Of a DNA stretch of 64,000 nt, positions 11,878 through 23,612 are shown piece by piece. The notes below the pieces were generated by a model, which saw nothing but the letters and a program-made list of their open reading frames with translations, did not search any database and was not told where the DNA came from. The translations under genes were made by a program, and so were the position numbers. This stretch comes from Paecilomyces variotii. Its lineage: Eukaryota. How positions within the stretch are numbered: the stretch's first letter is position 1; each line of letters begins with the position of its first letter. The DNA lies in NCBI GenBank assembly GCA_004022145.1, contig RCNU01000001.1; one strand, given 5' to 3'.

Positions 11878-13375
11878 TTAGGTCTTCTGCTGCTCCTTGG
11901 CGGGACCTCCAGTCGTGGGCAGGCCCATGAAGATCTTGAACGAGTCGTAGCTGTCCGTAACCGTCAGTACTAGGCATAGGGATGTTGAGGGAAGCATAAG
12001 CATCGGGGACATACATCATCCACTGCAGGCCAGTCTGAAGAGAAAAAAGTTAGCCACTATCACAAACCACCCAACTGCAATGAATCTGCTCACCAGAGTT
12101 CCAATCATAACAATTCTGACAGGCAGTCCGTTCCACAAGCCATTGAAGCCGATTTCCTTGTAGATTCGGCCCATGGCTGCTCCGAAAGCCTCGCCCGGCA
12201 ACCGGTTCGCATTCAACTTGCTCACCATCACGTCCGCAGGATGAGACACGATGGCGCAGAGGATACCGGCCAGATAACCACCGCTGAATGCCACAGCCGT
12301 TTGCGCGCCCTTGCCGTATTCATGCTTGCTCTTCGGGAGAGTCTTGTAGATCTGCTCGACGATGGTCTCGAACGAGGCGAATTTCATCATCGTGTATGGG
12401 ATCTGTCGACCCCACAGGGGGTACAGTCCCTTGTATAGACTGCCATGTCTCAGTATATTCCAGTTCCGTACGGGGCAGCCACGCTTACCCTGCCCAGCCT
12501 TCTTTGCTAGTAATATCGGCAATTCCGCTGAAGGTTCCAGTGTAGGCTGGGGGAATGCTAGTTTGCATTCGCACCTTAACCGCCTCGAATGGACAGAGTG
12601 CAATATCCGCAATAAATTCAGCGGAAGCACTGGCGGTCAGGTACACGGAAGTCTTCCAGCGCGCGGCCCGTTCTTCTCCGACAAGGTCGCTGTAGAACTT
12701 CTTGAAGAATTCATAACCACCGTATTTGAATGCACCTTGGGCCTGCGGAAGGATATTAGCACGTTTTCTGTGATCCTACTCTTGTCGAAGGCATAAACCT
12801 ACACTGTATCCGAAGAAAGTCGGACCCCAACCGGTGAAGATCCCACGAAGACCCTCTGCGCGGTGAATCTTGCTCCAGGCTTCCACATTCCCCTTGTAGA
12901 GATTAGGGTCGACCTGACGGCGACATTTGACGAGATCCAGAGGTGTCACAGCCGTGTGCGTCAGACCCTAATTGTAGACGAATTAGCCTCAGAGTTCTCG
13001 TAAATTGAGCACAGCGCAATTCATGAGAGTTTAGAATCGACGCCTGAATATCGGAAGCTCAAGGACTGAACATGAAGCTCTTTTACTTACGCAAGCTAGC
13101 AGTCCACCAAAAGTGCATGCTGCATAGTACTTAGGCGTCCATGGCTCGATATGACCAGTTTTAGATTGAGCCAGCTTGCTCCCCTTGTTGAATTCTCGTG
13201 AAGCCTCATTTCCAATGGCCTCCGCCTTGTTCTTCACATCATCAATGGCACTCCAGGCAGGGAATGGGTTGCGCTTGATCGATGCCGGTGCTTCCGGCTG
13301 CGGCTGGGCCTTTGATCGTGTCAGAGGGTGTTGGGATGCGAAAACACCGGCAATGATTCCCTGAGAGGGCAACAT
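11878..13375 (-). CDS. PIC2: Mitochondrial phosphate carrier (Pic2/Mir1 family)
   Basis: [64 protein letters not shown]. Confidence 0.9.
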
Positions 13376-14061
13376 TGTGATGAGCAGCTATATCACTGTC
13401 TGCGGTCAGTGGATTCAAAACGATAACCGTTTTGTTGCTGTTGCAAGGAAGAATAGAGGGTTATGGTATATTGTGATGGTAAATGATGACTAGATACTGA
13501 CGTTGCTTATGTAGGGGCTGACAGATGATCGATCCTTCAGAGTAACCAATAATAGATAATAGTACGACTCTTCTCCAGAGCAGCACTGCCTCTGCTGCAG
13601 TCCTCGCCACGAGACAACAATCCAAATTAAAATAGCATAAATAAATCGACAGTAAAGAATCCTAGATGGAACAAGCGAGGAAGAAGACGATACAAGTAGA
13701 TCTGATCGAGGGTGGAGACCCCAGAGGAAGCGAAGCCTTGTGACGTCTTCGGCGCGCGACCCGCTCTCCTCCCGGTCCCGATTGAGATCGCCCTACTCTA
13801 AAGCAATCCCCGGCACGCTAAGTAGAGTATCGATAAAAATAATCTCCCCGCGGTTGAAGAGCGAAGAGCACGACACAAAGTGGCACTTTTACCAACCTTG
13901 CGGTAGTATCGACTTCCATACGAATTCGACGCTTCGATTTTATCGCAATTGGGAGGCCAGCTAAGCCGTCAGCAGCAGAATTGAATCGGCGCACCGATTC
14001 CACCACAGCGTGTCTGAGAGCTTGAGCTTCTTTCACCACCAGCTCTTCAGAACAATCGAAT

Positions 14062-14737
14062 ATGGCGTCCTATTCATCTGCAGGCGAAGCGTATGCTTTG
14101 GAGACCGCTGCTAGAGAAAGAGCCTCCGGTTCACCGTCTCAAACGTCTTGGGCGGACAAATATCGCGGGGTAAGTTGAAGGCACGAAGAATTCTTAGAAA
14201 AAGCAAACCCCGCGATTACAGCGACCCGATACCACACATTTACGCCCACAAACAGTACACTCCAGGCTTAACTGTGATAGCTAACCATAATTCTGCCCAC
14301 AGGCCACAGTTGAAGATCTCGATCCTCCCCCAGCCCTCTCCGTCTCTCCCGACGACCTCATCTCCTCCGCTCTTATCGCCGCCTACGAGCGCGACTACAC
14401 ACATCTCACCGTCATTTCCTCGACAAGCCGTTCATTAATCGGCTACCTCAGCATCCCGCGACTTAAGGAACTACTTAAGGAAGGCACTGTGAAGGAATCC
14501 GATCCCGTCTCGGCTGCTATGCAACGATTCAATCGCAAGCGGGAAAATGTCTACACGGTGATTACCATGGAGACACCCCTGGAGGAACTGGAGCGCTTCT
14601 TCGAAGGTGAAACTGCGGCGGGGCAGAAACGTGAGAAGCAGGAGTTTGCTGTGGTGACGGATGCTAGCCGGAAGTTCGTCCTTGGTGTCGCAACGAAGGG
14701 AGATCTGGAGGAATTCGTGAAGAGGAGACCCGCATAA
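14062..14737 (+). CDS. Stand-alone CBS-domain protein
   Basis: ATG at 14062; intron from 14170; KYRG|ATVEDLDPPPALSVSP..YERDYTHLTV..FAVVTD..FVLGVATKGDLEEFVKRRPA. Confidence 0.8.
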
Positions 14738-15241
14738 TGCTTGTGCCTGACGGAATCTCTTGCATCTTTTTCCTTGCGTGACTGTTGTCGGAAGTATCAT
14801 GGGAATTAGCGACTCGGCGACAAATTTCCCATCTGTTCACTTCCTTAGATACCAGACTCCATTCGCTTCGTATGACCGTTGCAGATCCCGGAGTTTGGAT
14901 TTTTTTTTGGAATATCATCAGAAGGCTCAACCCTTTCAGCAGCTCTCCTCTCCTGCATTTTTCAGTGACTAATTGTCTTTCGGAACTTGACCAAAATGAA
15001 CCAGGTCGCCCAGTCAGGTCCCCTAGCATGTTCATCAACTGTAAATACATGCATCAGCGTCGAGATTGGGATAGGATTATCAGATGAATGAAACTAGCAT
15101 AGACTAATATACAACGTGACCTCAATATGATCAACTAGCAGTACCAAACTCAAAAAGCGAAGATCCATATGCCTCCACTTTTTTTAATCTCTTCGGCATG
15201 TCGAAACAGCACTATAACAACAAAACAAAACAACCAATCCA

Positions 15242-15918
15242 TCACTGCGCCTTCTTTTCTTGCGCGAGCCTTTCTCCCTGATCATCCTTCCACGCAACTA
15301 TGATGTACGCGACCAGGATGATGTTAGCCGTGACCGCAGCGCTGATAGCTGCCCAAGTCGAATTCCCTATGCTGTATGTTAGGATCTTTCTCTTCATGTC
15401 GACAATGAAACCCTCCCGACAAATACATGGTATATCCCCAAAGGGTTATAAATGCAAATGAAAACTCTGTGTTTTATAAACATGAAATGATATTAGATTC
15501 TTACCTCGAAAAATCGACTCGACAGTTAAGAAGTAGATACCGATTGGCGCGACGATCATCGCTGCTGTGAACCCAAGGAGCTTGTAGATGACATCTCTGT
15601 ATTATGAACACACGGTTAGCGCTCTTTCCAGAATTCCTAATGGACAAATATGCATTATAATTAGCTGTTTCGAGGCTTAATTCCTTCAGTTTGGAACAAC
15701 CTTTAATGAGCGCTACAAATCAATAAAATAGCACGTGGTACGGAAGGTGATTAGGTGGGTAGTTCAGACATGGGATAATGGCTAACATGGATGCTAGCCA
15801 GAATTTGAACTACTTACGCAGGAACAGCTGGGCTGACATCCGAAGAGACAGGCTGTTGCGGGATAGGCGACGTCTCTTTCTCCGAGGACGATTGGCCTTG
15901 TGTTCGGCGAGTCGCCAT
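15242..15918 (-). CDS. VMA21: V-ATPase assembly factor Vma21 (3 exons)
   Basis: [67 protein letters not shown] with KKxx ER-retrieval signal; absent from the ORF track. Confidence 0.92.
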
Positions 15919-16983
15919 GTTTTTGAGCTGCGGGTTAAACTGTTCCTGGTATTCTAGGCTTCGGTCCGTAAGGGTAAGAGGATCAATAATGCCTAGTCAA
16001 ACAGCGACGATGGATTGAATCAGTAAAGAGGAGTTGATGGGGTTATATATTTTTTTATTGTTGATTGTCTTGTGATAGCGCTTTAGAGATGGACCCGGTG
16101 GCATGTTAGGAAGCGGAGTGGATGAGCTCGCGTCAAAGCGTCTTCCAGGACACCGGATATGATTGGCCAACAACGTGGAGACGACGCATTTATGGTAGAG
16201 TTGATCGAGTTGATGTACAACTACGTTTGTATATTCATTTTATTTGGTCGAAGTACAGAAAACTATGGGATTGGAAATAAGAATGTTCGTTTTGGCTCCT
16301 GTTAGTATTGTGATACATACATCTATAGAGTTTTCTATCGATGTCTCCTAGGCCCCGGCGGGCTCTTGGGTCTGAGAAGAACACATCAAGTTTCTGAGAA
16401 TCATAAGATTAATGCTGATAGGAGAGGTTTAACCATATCATATGAAAGTAATCTGATCCGAATTTACATGAAGTGATAAGACTGATGAATGCTCCATCCC
16501 ATGCATCTTCGACTGTTGTCCATAACTCTACTTGAACAACATGCTTTCCTTCTCTTCCCCGACTTATTTTTCTGGGTCATCAAAACATTTACCAGCAGGT
16601 CAGTTTCATCCAAGCAGCCCAACTGACATCACACACGCATCAACTACCTCATTATTATTCAGACTGCAGCTAACTTAACCTGAAGTTAGATGTGAAGATT
16701 ATTCATTATTTGAATCTTTTGAATCTCCTCATACTGCAACTGCTGTCTACCGCCTCCCTCACCGTCCAGGACAGCCCGGCAGAATGACGCTATGCAGTTC
16801 ACGTGATGGAGCAGTTCGCGGGCGCGTTGAGATCGCGCCAAAATGCGCGGAGCGGGCCTTGTCGATTTAATTTTCTGGGGTCGCTTTCATATCTGGGTCA
16901 AGGGTTCTTTCTCCCAGCTCTACCGCTGCTCCCCCTTCCTGGATTGTCAACCTGAACTTCCTGGGAGAGGTCTACAGGAAGTC

Positions 16984-19900
16984 ATGGACGATACAATCCC
17001 AGATACCCCCGTTCGCTCCAAGAACGCATCTGAAAATGTGAATGAAGAACCGGAGTATGAGACGGTCGCCACCCTGCCACTTCCAAGCCAGCACGGAGGA
17101 ACACAAACGCCCTCTTCACAGCGTCTGACTCAACCCACACAGATTATCGAGCGTCCTACACCAGATAAGAGCTCCGTGGTGCAGGTTGCAGCATCCTCTC
17201 CTCTTGCTCCAATGTCTTCTCCTTCCCGTCCAGTCCAACGGGGCGGTTTGCTATCCAGCGTCATGGCTCCCCCGGGGACGCAGTTTCGACCACCGCAACC
17301 CAGACCAGAGAAGCGGGCTCCAGCTATGGACCTCGACGACGATGGTCCTGTCTACCGTGGTGGCTCGTCTGACGATGACATGGACACGGCCAGATCGACA
17401 GACATCAAACCGTCCACCTTTACGAAGTCTTCACGCAGTCCTGATAAGGTCGCTGAGTCTCCTGTCTCTGGCAGTAATTCTATAGACAGGTTTAAACAGA
17501 TAACGGCGGCAGCTGTCTACAAGCCTGGAAACGGGAAGCGAACGGCATCTGAGTCCGAATTGTCTACCAATGGTCCAGCGAAGAAGCCCCGCCAAGACCT
17601 TCCTTCTAGAGCCCAAGCTCCTGAGGTTAACATCTCATCACTGGAAGACATTGACGATTATCAGATCAGACTGAAGGTGGAAAGGATGCTGAATGTGATG
17701 CCCGATAGATCTGTCCATACTTGTGTGGAAGCCCTCTTGTTGAAGCGTGGAAGTTATGACGACGCCCTGGATTACCTTGCCAGCACCGAGGAGAAGAAGG
17801 GCAGCTCACTAAATTCTCTTTTTGGCTCTTCGGATGATGAATTGAGCATGGACAGCAAACAGTCTGCTCCTGCTGCGGCTCTGGCTGCGGCTCCTGCCAA
17901 GCAGCAAATCAAAGCGCGGACCAGGATTCAGGACAAATGGTCGTCTATGCAGACTCTCCCTACCCAGAAGAGGCAGGATGTTGCGGAGGACTCAAAGCCT
18001 CGAAGACGTCTGATCAGGGGCCCTAGAAACAAAGTCTCGTCTCCCGTGAGCCCGGCTCCCTCTGACGCCCAGCCAAGCAAGGGTCGACTTGTGCAGAGCA
18101 AAAAGCCATCACCAGCCCGGTCTGAGTCCCCAGAGGCAGTTGATTACGGGTCTGATGAGTCTGATTACGGTGCGGGGGAAGATGAAGAGTTGGAGACGAA
18201 AGTCCTCAAATTCTTCAACTCTTGCACGTTACCAGAACTGGCAGACATCGCTGCTATCACCGAAGACACCGCCAACATCATTGTCTCGAATCGTCCCTTC
18301 TCATCTCTCGACGAGGTTCGTGCTGTGTCAGCCCCTCCTGATGACGATGCTCGGAAAGGCAAGACTGGGAAAGGTCGCAAAAACAAGCCCATCGGAGACA
18401 AGATCGTGGACAAGTGCATCGACATGTGGACCGGATACGAGGCTGTCGACGCCCTTGTTACTCAATGTGAAGCATTGGGAAAGCCTGTCGCAGCTGAGAT
18501 GAAGAAATGGGGTGTCGACATCTTCGGTAAACGTGACGGTGAGCTAGAACTGGTCTCGTTGGACAAGACCTCCCACGACTCTGGGATTGGGACTCCCTCA
18601 AGTCAAAGATCGGACGAGGACAGCGATGGACCTGCTGGCACTGGTTCGCGCAAAAGTCGATTCATTGGACAGCCCGGCATCATGAATAAGGACTTGAAAA
18701 TGAAAGACTACCAGATTGTTGGTATTAATTGGCTTTCGCTACTCTTTGAGAAGGAGCTCAGTTGTATCTTAGCGGACGATATGGGTCTTGGAAAGACATG
18801 TCAAGTCATCGCCTTCCTTGCACACCTGTATGAAAAGGGTATTCAAGGTCCCCACCTTGTCGTCGTCCCATCATCGACTCTTGAGAACTGGCTTCGCGAA
18901 TTTCAAAACTTCTGCCCGACTCTAAATGTCATGCCATATTATGCTGGACAAGCAGCACGCGCTGAAATCCGTGAGACTATTGAAGAAAATCGCGACAGCA
19001 TTAATGTTGTTATCACCACCTACACTATCGCGAAGGCCAAGGTCGATGCGCACTTCCTTCGGTCTCTAGACTTCACGGTGTGTGTTTACGATGAAGGACA
19101 CATGCTCAAGAGCAGTACGTCTGTTCTCTATGAAAAGTTGATTCGTATACGTGCTCGATTCCGACTTCTTTTGACGGGAACACCGCTGCAAAACAATCTC
19201 CAGGAATTGGCGTCTTTGCTAGGCTTCATCCTGCCGAAGGTCTTCCAGGAACGAAAGGATGATCTTCAGTATGTCTTCGCTAATAAGGCGAAGACTGCAG
19301 ATGAATCCCACTCGACACTTCTTTCAGCGCAACGTATTGAACGAGCAAAGTCTATGCTGAAGCCGTTCGTTCTGCGCAGGAAGAAACATCAGGTCATTGA
19401 TCTGCCAGCTAAAATTGCGCGAGTCGAATACTGTGAGCTCAACGAGACTCAAAGGGAGATCTATGACCACGAAAAAGACGAAGTCCGGAAACTCCTGGAG
19501 GATAGAGCTGCTGGCAAGAAGACTGGTAACAAGTCGGCCAACATCCTAATGAAGCTACGCCAAGCGGCTATCCATCCCCTCTTATACCGCCGCATCTACG
19601 ATGACAGCACGTTGAGTCGCATGGCCAAGGCTTGTCTGAAGGAAGAAATGTGGTCGCAGTCCGATCCTGATATTATCTTCGAAGAACTGAAGGCCTATAA
19701 TGACTTTGAGTGTCATACAATGGCTCTGAATCATCCTGGTTCTCTTGGCAAATTTGCCTTGAAAAACAACGAGTGGATGAACTCTGGAAAGGTGGATAAG
19801 CTTTGCGAACTGCTGAAAAGGTTCAAGGAGAACGGTGACCGGTCTTTGATCTTTTCTCAGTTCACTATGGTTATGGATATTCTCGAACACGTTCTCGAGA

Positions 19901-20322
19901 CATTGCATATGGGATTCTTCAGGCTCGATGGTCGTACAAGCGTCGAAGATCGCCAGTCTATTCTCGACGCGTTCTATGAACAAACAGATATACCAGTTTT
20001 TCTCCTGTCTACCAAAGCTGGTGGAGCTGGTATTAACCTAGCATGTGCCAATAAGGTCATCATCTTTGATTCGAGTTTCAACCCCCAGGAAGACGTGCAG
20101 GCGGAGAACCGCGCGCACCGTGTCGGACAGACCAGAGAAGTCGAGGTCATCCGCCTCGTAACGAAAGACACTATCGAGGAGCAGATCTACGCTCTGGGCC
20201 AGACGAAGCTCGCGCTCGACCAAGCGGTTGCGGGTGATGACCCATCAGAATCGAAGAAGAGCGAAGAGGTCGGAATGAAAGTCGTGGAAGACATGGTCCT
20301 GGCAGATCTCCAGAAGGAGTAA
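16984..20322 (+). CDS. FUN30: SNF2-family chromatin remodeller Fun30/SMARCAD1/Fft
   Basis: Intronless; ILADDMGLGKT, DEGH, LLTGTPLQNNL, STKAGGAGINL, QAENRAHRVGQ; CUE-like segment; likely start MDDTIPDT at 16984. Confidence 0.92.
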   Translation: MDDTIPDTPVRSKNASENVNEEPEYETVATLPLPSQHGGTQTPSSQRLTQPTQIIERPTPDKSSVVQVAASSPLAPMSSPSRPVQRGGLLSSVMAPPGTQFRPPQPRPEKRAPAMDLDDDGPVYRGGSSDDDMDTARSTDIKPSTFTKSSRSPDKVAESPVSGSNSIDRFKQITAAAVYKPGNGKRTASESELSTNGPAKKPRQDLPSRAQAPEVNISSLEDIDDYQIRLKVERMLNVMPDRSVHTCVEALLLKRGSYDDALDYLASTEEKKGSSLNSLFGSSDDELSMDSKQSAPAAALAAAPAKQQIKARTRIQDKWSSMQTLPTQKRQDVAEDSKPRRRLIRGPRNKVSSPVSPAPSDAQPSKGRLVQSKKPSPARSESPEAVDYGSDESDYGAGEDEELETKVLKFFNSCTLPELADIAAITEDTANIIVSNRPFSSLDEVRAVSAPPDDDARKGKTGKGRKNKPIGDKIVDKCIDMWTGYEAVDALVTQCEALGKPVAAEMKKWGVDIFGKRDGELELVSLDKTSHDSGIGTPSSQRSDEDSDGPAGTGSRKSRFIGQPGIMNKDLKMKDYQIVGINWLSLLFEKELSCILADDMGLGKTCQVIAFLAHLYEKGIQGPHLVVVPSSTLENWLREFQNFCPTLNVMPYYAGQAARAEIRETIEENRDSINVVITTYTIAKAKVDAHFLRSLDFTVCVYDEGHMLKSSTSVLYEKLIRIRARFRLLLTGTPLQNNLQELASLLGFILPKVFQERKDDLQYVFANKAKTADESHSTLLSAQRIERAKSMLKPFVLRRKKHQVIDLPAKIARVEYCELNETQREIYDHEKDEVRKLLEDRAAGKKTGNKSANILMKLRQAAIHPLLYRRIYDDSTLSRMAKACLKEEMWSQSDPDIIFEELKAYNDFECHTMALNHPGSLGKFALKNNEWMNSGKVDKLCELLKRFKENGDRSLIFSQFTMVMDILEHVLETLHMGFFRLDGRTSVEDRQSILDAFYEQTDIPVFLLSTKAGGAGINLACANKVIIFDSSFNPQEDVQAENRAHRVGQTREVEVIRLVTKDTIEEQIYALGQTKLALDQAVAGDDPSESKKSEEVGMKVVEDMVLADLQKE

Positions 20323-21085
20323 TCTACTTCTTAAATCCTCTGTCCTAGCATCATGAGCGTTCTGTACTGGATTTATCTGAACGGTGGACATTGTTTTACT
20401 GTATTGTGCCCAAGACTCCATTATTCAGAGTCTGTTTTATGTCCTTGCATACTGATCACATATTTGTTTGTCATGCGGGCACGCGGTCTGAGAAAAGGAA
20501 AGAAAAAAAGAGTATTCCCATGTTCCGAAAAGACATGAAGGTTTTCTGACTAATGGTGTTTTTATGGGGGTTGTACCTGGGAACGGAAGTTAATGTTTCA
20601 ATAGAAACTATTTCCTGCTGTTTATTAATTCAGCGGTCTTTGTCCAAGATTATCCATTCTGATTATCCTTTTCCCCATTCTCTAGCATGGTTGTCATTAT
20701 GTCATGACATGCACATAGTAGAGATAATGTACCCATTATGATTTGATGGTATTTTCCTAGTCATAGACGCTTTTGTATACTGACTAATATTTTTATTGTT
20801 TAACTATATGATGACTACAACGTCGAATTCAGGCTACTCCTGTTGTCTTCAAAAGCGGACATAGGTCTCAAGACATCTCCACAACGCGCTTTTTTGAGAG
20901 TATTCAAAAAAAGGGGGAATCTATAGATCGAGATGCAGGAAAAATATGTACAAAGAACAGAATAAAACACGTACAACGAGCAACAAGACAATATCCTCTA
21001 TCGCCGGGCTATGCAAATCTAGCAGAGTATTTTGTGCAGTTAAGTGACATGTCGGAAAATAAACGTAATGAGGCGAGTAACAAAG

Positions 21086-22441
21086 CTAGACGGTGACCTC
21101 AGTGCTCTGAGCTTGTGGCATCGTAGTGGAAGAGACATCAACTTGAGTCTCTGCCTTGGGCTTCGAATGAGCGGGAGGAGGGAACGAGCTTGTACGGATG
21201 GGACCAATCCCGCTGGAAGCAGGGGAGGCTGCTTTCGATCGCGAGGCACCGCCTGCAGCGCGTGCAGATTCGTTGTTCTCCATCGCGTTCTGGATTGCTT
21301 GGCTTCGCAGATTGTCTTCATCATTAGGGAAAGCGGACTTGTGCGAGAGGTTCAGGACTCTGTCGACCTCTCTCGCGGTAGGGAGGAGGTCGTCATATTT
21401 GAGGACAGTGCACATGTCGGTGTAGTTCTTGGCCGCCTTTGCCTCCCTGAATTCCTTGTTCTTTCCAGGGACAAGCATGTTGATCAGATACTTTGTGTTG
21501 CCGAAACGGTTTTCGACCTGCAGACAGGCATCGATATATTCGTGGACAACCTCTCTCCACGGCAGAAGACCACCCTCGGCTTCCGTACGGAAGCATGACG
21601 GGTTAGCTTCTGCTGCCGTGGCGATCATGGCACCATCGACACCGTACTCTTTCATCAAGGCAAGGGCTTGGTCGCGAGACGTTACGTCGCCGTTCATGAC
21701 ACAAGCAACACCTGCGTTCTTGCAGATAGAGGCGATCATGGGAAGTTGTTCGCGGATAGCACGCTCTCTGGGTCGCATCGGGGTTGTACGGCAGTGGACA
21801 GTCAACCCAGTGATTCCAGTCTTAACAAGCCGTGACACCAGCGCCTCCGTCTTCTCAGCTGTTTCTAGAATACGGATCTTGACCGAGATACCGATCTGGT
21901 ATGGTTTTCCAACCTCATTGACCAGCGATTCAAGGATCGAGACCAGTTTGTCAGGAGTGCGCAGCAACGCCGCTCCCATACCACCGCTCGTGCTGAATGG
22001 CTTTGGACATCCCGAATTGACATCAATTCCCGCAACATCAGCCGCGACAACCTTGGCCGCCTGCACCGCCAGTTCCGGCGAGGCAGTTCCGATCTGAAAG
22101 ATTAACTTTCCCTTCTCTCGAGAAGGATCGATGCGGTATATGATCGACTCCTGGGCCGGTTTATCTGTGCGGCCTCCATTCGACGGAATGCGGGTGAACT
22201 CGATCGTCGAATTGCGCGGGTTGATGCGTCGCACTGCACCGATCAAGGAGCGGTCGATCGTCTCAGGTCCCCAGACGAGATCTGCGCCATACTTTAGAGC
22301 CAACAACCGTGATGGCAGTTCTCCAGATCGAACCATCGGGGCTAGGACGACCTTGCCACGATAGTCCACCCCGTTGGCGGGGATGGGAACGCGGGGTGGT
22401 GTAGTGAGAGAAGCCATTGCGTTGCGGAGAAACCTTAGCAT
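21086..22441 (-). CDS. DUS2: tRNA-dihydrouridine synthase Dus2/Smm1
   Basis: VVLAPMVRSGELPSRLLALKYGADLVWGPE, DVNSGCPKPFSTSGGMGAALL, TVHCRT; second ATG at 22417. Confidence 0.92.
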   Translation of the reverse strand: MLRFLRNAMASLTTPPRVPIPANGVDYRGKVVLAPMVRSGELPSRLLALKYGADLVWGPETIDRSLIGAVRRINPRNSTIEFTRIPSNGGRTDKPAQESIIYRIDPSREKGKLIFQIGTASPELAVQAAKVVAADVAGIDVNSGCPKPFSTSGGMGAALLRTPDKLVSILESLVNEVGKPYQIGISVKIRILETAEKTEALVSRLVKTGITGLTVHCRTTPMRPRERAIREQLPMIASICKNAGVACVMNGDVTSRDQALALMKEYGVDGAMIATAAEANPSCFRTEAEGGLLPWREVVHEYIDACLQVENRFGNTKYLINMLVPGKNKEFREAKAAKNYTDMCTVLKYDDLLPTAREVDRVLNLSHKSAFPNDEDNLRSQAIQNAMENNESARAAGGASRSKAASPASSGIGPIRTSSFPPPAHSKPKAETQVDVSSTTMPQAQSTEVTV

Positions 22442-23612
22442 ATCATGACGAGGTCGCGCTCCAAAATCGAAACGCTCTGTGGGATATCAGGGAGTGATGG
22501 GTTGTTGCACGGCAAGAGTCCTTCGGTGGACGTCGCAATATGGTTAAAACGATAGAATTGAAAGGTGATTAAGAGTATTGTTGGTAGAGATGGCGACGGA
22601 GGAGAATAGAAGGAAAAGTTAGAGTCACGTGGCGATGACCGGATAGAATATCCGAGATATACTTTTTTTTTTACTTCTTACGAACTCTACTACAAACTCC
22701 ATTACAGACTTCACTTTGAATCTTGCTGTAAATTTTCAATCCCAACATGTATTTTGTGACATATTTTCCATTAGAGAAGCTTCGACTTAGCATACCATAT
22801 GTCACATTTGTCTCGGGAGAGGAGATATGTACAGGAAGCGTCCTGTTGCCACCATATCCCACTGTGGAGCAGATCGGAGAGACCATCAAGAGAGCAGTAC
22901 AAAGCTGTTTTCAATGAGATAAGTAAACTTGTTGACATCAAAATTATCAACTTCGCGCCTCATCTTGTTATTATTGAAATATGTGCGGACGATACAAGAC
23001 AATGTTTATAGTCCTAGCATGATTCAGTTAAAGCCAATATACAGCGGGCCAAAGATGAATCAAGGCTCCTAACAGATAAATCCAGTACGCACCGAAAACG
23101 ACGAATACATCCTACATCCGGCATGACAAGGTAAATGCAGGATCTCTACTTCTCAAGATTGACACAACTATTTGAATTTCCAAGATTAACTTTATTGACA
23201 TCAAAAGACGAATACATGTGCTTGAATGTGAAAAATTCATAATTCTCTAAAGGCGTAGATGCTGAGAGTAACCTCAGAAAGCTTTCGGAGAACCCTGGAC
23301 GTCTCTAAAATCTAGGTGAGAGATAAGGAGTACCAGAATCCCGCATCCAATTTAAACAAGCATAGAAACGAAAAGTGCATCTCCATAGCCATCGCCAGAT
23401 ACAACTGAAGCACAAAACCAGAGAACTGAGTCAAACCAGAACGCCAATAAGTATCATCTGTTTCCAGAGCATTTCACAAACACTTCGAGCGAGTTCCAGA
23501 TCTCCGGTCGTCTCACATTAGAACGGTAGCATCGCAGCGCATATTCCCTGCTCGATTCAGTGACGATTTTCGAGTACCCATATGAAAACGCATCAATAGG
23601 AGTACAGCCACG

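Noticed and set aside
16843-16983. Upstream ATG extending FUN30 by 47 aa
   Set aside because: Lies within the CGCG promoter cluster and the extension looks non-coding; 16984 preferred
21044-22364. Long plus-strand ORFs over DUS2 (similar ones over RFC2, IPP1 and APE4)
   Set aside because: Antisense ORFs expected from codon bias
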